Source of the DNA: an uncultured archaeon
GTDB taxonomy: Archaea > Altiarchaeota > Altiarchaeia > JAFGQM01
Direction: 5' to 3'
DNA: 18,655 nucleotides
NCBI GenBank assembly: GCA_964592405.1
Contig: CAZQBY010000001.1
Coordinates: forward strand, 142,837-161,491
Of this stretch, positions 1-7,534 are shown in pieces. The translations under genes were made by a program, and so were the position numbers. The notes beneath the pieces were generated by a model. That model did not search any database, was not told the DNA's origin, and saw only the letters and a program-made list of their open reading frames with translations. The stretch's first letter is position 1, and each line of letters opens with the position of its first letter.

Positions 1-28
1 GCATAAATATAGCAATAACGGGAATAAT

Positions 29-178
29 ATGGCGAGATTTGAAGAGGCAGAGAAGCGAAACCTGGAGGTTAAGGTTTGCAGGAAATGCAATGCCCGCAAC
101 CCATTGGATGCGGAGCGTTGCAGGAAGTGCGGAAGCAGACAACTGAGAAGGAAGCATAAGGAGAGCAAGGGGAAATAA
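29..178 (+). CDS. rpl40e: 50S ribosomal protein L40e (eL40)
   Basis: Not in the ORF track; translated by hand: [49 protein letters not shown] (49 aa). It has the CxxCxARNPxxAxxCRKCG zinc-ribbon signature of archaeal L40e and no ubiquitin fusion. Confidence 0.96.
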   Translation: MARFEEAEKRNLEVKVCRKCNARNPLDAERCRKCGSRQLRRKHKESKGK

Positions 179-300
179 TGCGAAGGAGGGCACCGGTGTG
201 CCACAACAGGCACAGCCCCTAATAAGATGGTGGCGAAGAGAAGCACGATTGTCCAGGACACTCGTGCAAGAGGCGCATCAAGTGAGCATGCGATCCCAAG

Positions 301-3300
301 ATGACCCTAACAGATACCTTGTCTGATATGTGGCACACTCTGGAGGACCAAGCCTGGAGCCTAGCCGATTTTCTGGAAGACAAGGGGATACCCCTGGCCA
401 GCTTCTGTGAGGACAAGAGCATCAGCCCGTTGCTGTTGTTCCTCGGCATAATAGTCGCTCTCATAATAATACTGATGCTCGTGAGCGGGGGCGGGGCTGC
501 AGCCGGCAATGCCGTTTTGACAGTTACTATAGAGGATGAGAACGGCAACCCCATTCAGACAGACTTTACAGTGAGTTATGAGGGCGCTATGCGCAGAGAG
601 AGGACAGATCTGAACGGTGTTGCAAAGGTGGACGAGCTGCCATATACGACAGTTACTATAACCATAGACTCCAGTAGATACAAGGGAACAAAGCCCATAA
701 CTATAAATAGCGACAAGGCCGACATAAAAATCACGGCCCAGACGATAAAGGCCACTCTCCGGGTTGTTGTCTTGGACAGTGCCGGCGGCTATATATCTGC
801 TGGTTCCGTGGATGTAAAGGATTTCATAAGCGGCACTGTGGTTGCATCAGAAACCCTTGATGGTTCATCCGGCTATGATTTCGAGTTACCCCTTGGCATA
901 TACAGGATTGTTGTAAAATCTGCATCCGGCGGCGAACTAGAGAGCAGGATAGAAGAGCTGAAGGAGGAAAAGGTTTATGAGGCCCAGTTCACGCTGAGTG
1001 CAGATGCTGCGGACTCTGCAGCCGTGAAGATTGTGGTGAGGGACGAAAATGGGAATGCAGTCCCGGACGCCACAGTCGTGCTTTACAACGGCCGCTCTGA
1101 GGCGATGATAGGTACGCAGCAGGTTACAGATGCCCTTGGTGAGACAACATTTTATAACATAGCCATTGGAACCTCTGTATATCCGGTTGTATTCGTCCCA
1201 AACGACAAAAGATATGGTCAGCTGGATGCCTACACCTCCAAGAATGTCTACAAGAAAACGGTTCACAGCACACAGGAGGTCATAGAAGTAAGCCTGCCTC
1301 TTAACGGCAGGGTGGAGGTTATTGTCTGGGACAAGGAGAGCCGGGCATACATAAGCGGTGCTTCAGTCTATATCAGGGCCAAGTCCGGCGATATCCTGAG
1401 TGAGACAAAGCAGACGGATAGCGAGGGCAGGGTCAGTTTCACAGGCTTTGAGGAGAATATTGAGGTTTATCCAGTAGTTACAAAAACCGGATTCAAGGAC
1501 TATGAAAATAAAGAGGATGCCCAGCCGGTTATATACGGATCGGCCGCACGAACCTTTACAGTTGCCCTGGAGCGCGATGGTTCCTTCATACGCTCCATGA
1601 TAACCATAGACGTCAGGGATGCGTTCGGTGATAAAATCGATGGTGTTACTGCCATCCTCTCAGATGTTGAAACAGGCTTTGTCTCTTCACTGTCCAATAC
1701 GGACAACCTCAGCTTTGATGTAGATGCAAACAGGAGATACAATGTAGCTCTGTTCAGATCCGGCTATCTCAGGAAGCTTCTTGAAGATATCGGTCCGGGC
1801 ACACATGAGGCAGTGCTGGAGGTCTCCAACCCGGCCAATTCCGCCAATGTCAGGGTCTGCACCTATACAAACATAAACAATGAACTCTCTCCTGCCACAT
1901 CCACGGTCGAGCTGCTCTATGGTGTATCGGGTGCCCTGATAGACTTGGGTGATACTATTGGGGGACAGGATGAGGATAATTGTATAACATTCACAGACCT
2001 TCCGAGGGAATGGTCGGTGTATGTGCGTGCAACCAGCGATAGCCACTCACCAGTAGAGACGGAGGCTCATCAGCTTATACCCCTCCAGCAGGGCATAACC
2101 CAAATAAATATAACATTCAACTCCCTCCCGCCAAATGCTCCACCCTCCGGCGATGTCAAGGTCTGTGTCAAGGACACGAGAAACAATGCCCTGCCGGGTG
2201 CTGAGGTCATACTCTATGACTTTGATTTGGATTCTCCCTCCTGGACTGGCCAGTATCGCCTCACAACGGCTTCAGACGGCTGTGCCCTGTTCCGCGAGCT
2301 TCCCACAGAGAAAACAGACTATCAGGGGGTTTTATCACCAGTCAGAGTTTATCCCATAGTCTCTGCCTCTGGTTACTCCACCTACAACGGCAAGATTGAA
2401 GGCAATGTTGTTGCAGTGCAGCCACAGGAAACAATTCCCATGGAGGTCAGGCTTTCCAAGGGCGAGGGTATCTGTATAGTGGTGGAAAATGACGGAAGAC
2501 CCCTTGAGGGGGCAGATGTATCTCTTTGTGCCAATGCCCAGTGCAATCAGATACTAGAGGTCAAGAAGACCGGGGCAGATGGTCATGTTATCTTCAACTC
2601 TGATATCCAGTCAATAACTGTCAAAGCGGTGGCCAATCTGGACCGCATTGTCAAGGAGAAGATAGAAAACTTCGCGCTGAGTCAGGTTACCAAGGGCTCC
2701 TGTGGCAGGATAGACCTGAAGACCATAAAACAATATGCTACGGTTACCCTTGATGGCATAGTCGGTATGCAGATAGAGGCAATGCCAAGCGAAAGCAGGG
2801 AGATAGAATTCATACTGAGGGTTAACAGTAAACCCGCTACTGGAGGCACTATCTCTGCCGGAGGGCAAAACAAGATACTGGCAGATGACGGGACGGAGGT
2901 TCTCATAGGGCTTACGGGGGATGTCAATGTGGGAGTTGTCAGAACAGTCAGCGCATCAGAGGGCAGGTATGCCATGCCCTTCATAGCGCCAAGTGCGGAG
3001 GGGCGGTATGACATAACCCTTACAGCGAGTATTCCCGAGTGCAACAGTTGTCAGGGCGACCAGAGGCTGTTGGTCCTGATAGTCGGAGATGGTGATGAAG
3101 ATGATGATGGTGTTTTGGATGAGGACGACAAATGTCCCAGAACGCCACCAGATGCTGTTGTTGATGCCAGCGGATGTCCAATAGCCAGTAGTCAGGATTC
3201 CGATGGCGACAGTGTGCCGGATGACAGGGACAAGTGTCCAAATACTCCTCCCGGAGTGCAGGTGAGCGCAGACGGCTGTCCAATACCGCAGGTTCCAGAT

Positions 3301-4836
3301 GCAGACGGCGACGGCGTGCCAGACCGGCTCGATGCCTTTCCGAACGATGCTACCCAATGGTATCCAGATATGGACATCAACCGTGATGCAATCCCGGATT
3401 ACATACCACAGCAGTTCCCGCAATACTATCAAAACTCTATAAGAATCTGTGTCCAGAGCGATTTGGGCCTTCCGATATATGATGCGGGCATATCGCTCTA
3501 CCATACGGGCGGTGTGCGTCCACAGCCACAAGCATATAATCCGCAAGCCCCCTACTCCGGATATCCCCGTATGCAATATCCATCATACTCTTACGGTCCC
3601 AGCTATGGCCAGCAATGGGAGGTTGCATACCGCAGCGACAACTGCCGCACCTTTATTGGATATACCTCCGTCCGGGGTCTGGGCCTAGGAACATTCTTCA
3701 CGAACTTCCATCTTAGGGTCTCCAAAAGCGGATACGAGACCTATGACAGCGCATCAGGAGACCGGACCAGAATAAGTATAACATCCGGTACAGCAGGAAC
3801 TGCCCTGACAATCACGGTCCGGCTCAAGAGGCTGGGCGCTTCCCGTATGGGAGGGGGAGATATCAACAACCCTGCCAGAAAGGTGGAGCTGGAAAGCCCC
3901 TCCTGGAATCCTTCAGACTCCGATCGCAGGAACAGTGCCAATGTCTATCCCCTTATCAATGATATTGACCGTGACATAAATCTGCGTGTAACCTACTCCC
4001 TCAATCAGGGTGCGGAGGAGAATCTGGACTATTCCATAAGATACACCCTGACAGGCAACAACTGTTATGAGATAGGCGGTGAATCCACCCTGCCCGGAGC
4101 CGGCAGGATGCTCTCAATAAGAAAGGGACAGAGCACGGTTACGGATACCATCACAATATACTCAAAACGTCAATGTTGGGACAGCAACGATCCTACACTT
4201 GAAAATGAGTTTACCCTCACACTGGACGGGAATCTGCTGCAGATAGGCGACATAGAGATATCCAAAAGAAAGACCACTACACGCACCTCCGTGCAGAGGT
4301 TCGAGCCTGTCAGGATAAAAGTGAATCCCCTAGTCGGTGCCACCAAAAAGATACGCGGCGTCAGCGATCTGCCTGAGCTGAAGGACCATCTGACATTCTC
4401 GGGTGGTGTTGTTACAATAGGTACTCTGCCCTATTGTATAGACTCAAGGGCAAATACAGACAAGAGCAGGGTTGTTTCCCGGGGAATCCGGGACAAGACT
4501 GCTGCAGAACACAAGATAGTGATAGAGTTCAAGGGGACAAAGCCTGCCATGCCATCTACACTGGAAAATCTTGTATCCCGTATTGGAGAATACATACGGA
4601 CCCGCCTCAGAAAATCACCTCTTGACTGTAAGGTTTATGTCAATACCTATGATAGGTATATGGGTCATATAGAGGTCGGACAGAAGGGAATGGCCTGTCA
4701 TGAAGCCCGCGCACAGATAGGAGCCAAACAGGTGCAACCGTGGGAGAAGCTCTTCTGCGAAGCCATAGAGAGCGGCCAGACGGAGGGCAATATGCAGCTT
4801 GGCGGCAGCTACTCAATGCACATAGAGTCAAGATGA
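301..4836 (+). CDS. Giant N-terminally anchored surface protein with repeated carboxypeptidase-regulatory-like/prealbumin-like beta-sandwich domains and TSP type-3-like Ca-binding repeats
   Basis: 1511-aa ORF with a hydrophobic helix at ~aa 43-62. Recurrent VxVxDxxGxPxxGAxV...TDxxGxxxF motifs; DxDxDGVxDxxDxCP repeats at ~3085-3402; Tyr/Pro/Gln-rich insert at ~3517-3612. An in-frame TGA at 283-285 limits the start to 301 or later. Confidence 0.88.
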   Translation: MTLTDTLSDMWHTLEDQAWSLADFLEDKGIPLASFCEDKSISPLLLFLGIIVALIIILMLVSGGGAAAGNAVLTVTIEDENGNPIQTDFTVSYEGAMRRERTDLNGVAKVDELPYTTVTITIDSSRYKGTKPITINSDKADIKITAQTIKATLRVVVLDSAGGYISAGSVDVKDFISGTVVASETLDGSSGYDFELPLGIYRIVVKSASGGELESRIEELKEEKVYEAQFTLSADAADSAAVKIVVRDENGNAVPDATVVLYNGRSEAMIGTQQVTDALGETTFYNIAIGTSVYPVVFVPNDKRYGQLDAYTSKNVYKKTVHSTQEVIEVSLPLNGRVEVIVWDKESRAYISGASVYIRAKSGDILSETKQTDSEGRVSFTGFEENIEVYPVVTKTGFKDYENKEDAQPVIYGSAARTFTVALERDGSFIRSMITIDVRDAFGDKIDGVTAILSDVETGFVSSLSNTDNLSFDVDANRRYNVALFRSGYLRKLLEDIGPGTHEAVLEVSNPANSANVRVCTYTNINNELSPATSTVELLYGVSGALIDLGDTIGGQDEDNCITFTDLPREWSVYVRATSDSHSPVETEAHQLIPLQQGITQINITFNSLPPNAPPSGDVKVCVKDTRNNALPGAEVILYDFDLDSPSWTGQYRLTTASDGCALFRELPTEKTDYQGVLSPVRVYPIVSASGYSTYNGKIEGNVVAVQPQETIPMEVRLSKGEGICIVVENDGRPLEGADVSLCANAQCNQILEVKKTGADGHVIFNSDIQSITVKAVANLDRIVKEKIENFALSQVTKGSCGRIDLKTIKQYATVTLDGIVGMQIEAMPSESREIEFILRVNSKPATGGTISAGGQNKILADDGTEVLIGLTGDVNVGVVRTVSASEGRYAMPFIAPSAEGRYDITLTASIPECNSCQGDQRLLVLIVGDGDEDDDGVLDEDDKCPRTPPDAVVDASGCPIASSQDSDGDSVPDDRDKCPNTPPGVQVSADGCPIPQVPDADGDGVPDRLDAFPNDATQWYPDMDINRDAIPDYIPQQFPQYYQNSIRICVQSDLGLPIYDAGISLYHTGGVRPQPQAYNPQAPYSGYPRMQYPSYSYGPSYGQQWEVAYRSDNCRTFIGYTSVRGLGLGTFFTNFHLRVSKSGYETYDSASGDRTRISITSGTAGTALTITVRLKRLGASRMGGGDINNPARKVELESPSWNPSDSDRRNSANVYPLINDIDRDINLRVTYSLNQGAEENLDYSIRYTLTGNNCYEIGGESTLPGAGRMLSIRKGQSTVTDTITIYSKRQCWDSNDPTLENEFTLTLDGNLLQIGDIEISKRKTTTRTSVQRFEPVRIKVNPLVGATKKIRGVSDLPELKDHLTFSGGVVTIGTLPYCIDSRANTDKSRVVSRGIRDKTAAEHKIVIEFKGTKPAMPSTLENLVSRIGEYIRTRLRKSPLDCKVYVNTYDRYMGHIEVGQKGMACHEARAQIGAKQVQPWEKLFCEAIESGQTEGNMQLGGSYSMHIESR
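3085..3402 (+). repeat. Thrombospondin type-3-like Asp-rich calcium-binding repeats (3 clear, 1 degenerate)
   Basis: DEDDDGVLDEDDKCPRTP, DSDGDSVPDDRDKCPNTP, DADGDGVPDRLDAFPND, DINRDAIPD. Confidence 0.85.
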
Positions 4837-7466
4837 AGTCAAATATCGGGAAGATGAAAGCTGGGACAGGGGAGATGATAACGACTGTATGGATTTTGGC
4901 AATGTTCCTGATCTCAATGCTGGCAACACCCCTTGCACTGGCTGATGGGGCGGACAGGGCCGATAGCTCTCTTGCCGGTGTAGTTTACCGCGGCTGGAGC
5001 CTCAGTGAGTGTAAATCGGTCTTCGGCAACTACCCGTATATAACCAACAATCTAAATGCTGTTGTTCCTCCTATAGAGGAAATCTTTAAGCAGTATAAGG
5101 GCCCGTTAATGAAGAGGGTTGGCACTCCGGCTCCAGAGACAACCGGTTGCTATTGTGGTGCGGCGAACGGTCAGCACTATGTAATGAATGAGGATAAAAC
5201 CAAGTGCGTGCTCTGCAAGGGTAGGACGCTTGACCCGAATGCTGTCTATTACACCGACGAAAATGCCGAGGCTGAGGCAGTCTTGCGCGTGGGCGGGGTG
5301 GACATAGGCTGCCGCTGCGCCAAGAAGAGCGGGGATCAGGACTTCCTCAGGATAGAAAACGGCAGATGTATCTACGGCAAGACCAGCCAGCAGGATACTA
5401 TCTGTCAGCAGCGCTTTGGAAAGGAGGGCGTCAAGGTATGCAGCCCGAACGCGCAGGCCGAGACGCCTCTCGGCTCGATAGCGTCTGGTGGTGTGAATAT
5501 AGACTGCTGCTGCGCCGCCGATTACAAGAAGGTGCAGACGGCCGAAACGCTCGGCGGCTACAAGTGCGTCAAGGAGGCAGGGGCTCAGGATAGTGCCTGT
5601 GCGCAGTGGGGGAAGCAGGAAGGCCGCGGGGAGCTTATGGAGTGCCCGGAGGAGTTCAGGGGAACGGACGTCAGCAAGCTCACCGACGCGCAGAAAGAGG
5701 AGCGGGCTCGCAGGAGGGTGGGCCCGATACCCGGAGCAACCAAGCCGGACGGCAGCCCAATAGTCTGCTGCTGCAAGAGCGACTCCGCCCTGATAAACGG
5801 TGTCTGTGTGAAGGATGAGTGCGGGAGCATAGTACCTAACAGTGTTCTGAGTGCTAGGAGCGATGCTGACCCTAACTATCCGGTGAGAGCAGGTGTTGGA
5901 GCGGTAAGTTCGATGCCCGACAAGGAGTGGAATCCGTCTCTCATCCGCCAGTTGCAGCAGAAGAACCTGCAGTGCAGCTGCAGGAAGGGCTCTGTGCCGA
6001 AGGCCCAGGAGGGAGGAAACCCCAATATACTTGTGAAGTGCGATATGCTACCAACTATGACCGGATGCCCCGGCATAATTCCCGGCAGCGTGCCGCTGAC
6101 TGCCCAGAATGCAGACAATGACCAGAGGATTTCGAGAGACAGTATAGACTGGGAGGCGTATATACGGGATGCACTAAGGGATGCGAATCTGGATTGTGCG
6201 TGCGCCAGGGGCACTACAGGCAAGGACATCAACAGCAACGGTCTAAAGGATGTATGTGCTGTAGAAAACCCCGCTTGTATAAACAGTGAGGAGCTGGCAG
6301 CTCTTATGAAGGTGGGCATGTGCACCTCCAAGGATCAGAAGGAGGAGCTCTCACTGAAGCTGGATGAGATAAGCATGGCCGATAAGGGGCCGGTCATCTT
6401 TGTGGGTAGCCGGCAGGTTTCTGTGAAGGATAAACCAATAGATGAATGGCACGTCATTGGAGCATTGGGTTATGGAATTTCCAGAGCCTTAGGTGCCAGA
6501 GCTTTATACTATCTTACTATAGGCGCCAGGGGTTGCAGCTCCAAAGAGCCGGGCGACGATTACAAGTTCCATGAGTTCATTGATTATACCAAATGCATCG
6601 CCGGATATCCCTGCAACGAGATGCCAGTCAGCGGGCTGGCCCATGTCCTGCGGATAAGCTCAGTGGCCGGTGCAGTGGCGGGGGTGAAAAGCACTTCCAT
6701 CGCCAAAATAACGAAAGACCTTGAATCAAAACTGCGGCTACTGTCTGCCAGCAATACTGGAACTGCTAGATCATTAGGCAAGCAGGCAGCCACTCGGGCC
6801 TACAGGATTGCCGGTCTGGATGGAGTTAAAAGGGTTCAAAATGTCCTTTGGAAATTGGGCGAGACACGAACCATAGCTGATGACATAATGAAGGCCGCAG
6901 GTGAAGCTGCCAAGAGTGTCGGGACTAAGTTTGTTAAGGTGAGTAGGCTCTCCACAAGAATGGGCAAATTGGCAGGCTTCCTTGGCAGAACAGGTCGCTG
7001 GTTGGGCAGGGGAATGAATTGGGTAGGCAGGAAGATTCTGGTACCTTATATGGTAATTGATGCAATCAGTTCAGCGGCGTTCTCGGCGTTCTCCAAGGAC
7101 TTGGAGATAAACCCGGGCTCATACACTGTCGCAAAGGCCTCTGTCAAGACTCCTTTCAGTATAAACCCGGGCGTCAGCAGTGGCGAGAGGGTGCCTGCCA
7201 TAAAAACAATAACGTTTAATGTTGGCGGCAACTGGGCGAGCGGGGCGCCCTCATTGCTCCTCGGCGGGGGGATATTTGACGTACAGGGGACAGACGATGT
7301 CACCAAGCCGCCGGATGGGATAGAGGGAAAAGTATATAAATGTGTTGGTTCTTGCACATGTAAAGAAAATGTCCTGAACAATTGTTACTGCTTTGAGGTT
7401 CCCGGCTCAATAAATGAGTTTATTGATACCTCTTCGGCGCCTGCATCCTCATTTATATTTCCCTAA
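4833..7466 (+). CDS. Secreted cysteine-rich hypothetical protein (877 aa) with CxC...C repeats and a basic amphipathic C-terminal region
   Basis: Start moved from 4740 to the ATG at 4833, which forms an ATGA overlap with the upstream stop (downstream Met codons are also possible). Signal-peptide-like MITTVWILAMFLISMLATPLALA; about 38 Cys by hand count; no C-terminal TM plus basic tail. Confidence 0.85.
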   Translation: MKSNIGKMKAGTGEMITTVWILAMFLISMLATPLALADGADRADSSLAGVVYRGWSLSECKSVFGNYPYITNNLNAVVPPIEEIFKQYKGPLMKRVGTPAPETTGCYCGAANGQHYVMNEDKTKCVLCKGRTLDPNAVYYTDENAEAEAVLRVGGVDIGCRCAKKSGDQDFLRIENGRCIYGKTSQQDTICQQRFGKEGVKVCSPNAQAETPLGSIASGGVNIDCCCAADYKKVQTAETLGGYKCVKEAGAQDSACAQWGKQEGRGELMECPEEFRGTDVSKLTDAQKEERARRRVGPIPGATKPDGSPIVCCCKSDSALINGVCVKDECGSIVPNSVLSARSDADPNYPVRAGVGAVSSMPDKEWNPSLIRQLQQKNLQCSCRKGSVPKAQEGGNPNILVKCDMLPTMTGCPGIIPGSVPLTAQNADNDQRISRDSIDWEAYIRDALRDANLDCACARGTTGKDINSNGLKDVCAVENPACINSEELAALMKVGMCTSKDQKEELSLKLDEISMADKGPVIFVGSRQVSVKDKPIDEWHVIGALGYGISRALGARALYYLTIGARGCSSKEPGDDYKFHEFIDYTKCIAGYPCNEMPVSGLAHVLRISSVAGAVAGVKSTSIAKITKDLESKLRLLSASNTGTARSLGKQAATRAYRIAGLDGVKRVQNVLWKLGETRTIADDIMKAAGEAAKSVGTKFVKVSRLSTRMGKLAGFLGRTGRWLGRGMNWVGRKILVPYMVIDAISSAAFSAFSKDLEINPGSYTVAKASVKTPFSINPGVSSGERVPAIKTITFNVGGNWASGAPSLLLGGGIFDVQGTDDVTKPPDGIEGKVYKCVGSCTCKENVLNNCYCFEVPGSINEFIDTSSAPASSFIFP

Positions 7467-7510
7467 TACACAATCCAGCCTTGCACCTCCTCTTGACACT
7501 ACCTAGATAT

Positions 7511-7527
7511 AATAAAGAAAAAGAAAA
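7511..7527 (-). terminator. Oligo-T tract downstream of the 7535 gene
   Basis: TTTTCTTTTTCTTTATT on the - strand a few nt after the TAG, in a convergent intergenic gap; typical archaeal U-rich terminator. Confidence 0.5.
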
Positions 7528-7534
7528 GCCCCGC

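Noticed and set aside
178-222. 14-codon [17 protein letters not shown] overlapping the rpl40e stop (TAATG)
   Set aside because: Too short, with no recognisable similarity; it coincides with a hairpin and cannot be supported as a gene.
4740-4832. N-terminal extension of the 908-aa ORF
   Set aside because: It overlaps the upstream gene by 97 nt; the ATGA overlap at 4833 and the signal peptide position fit better.
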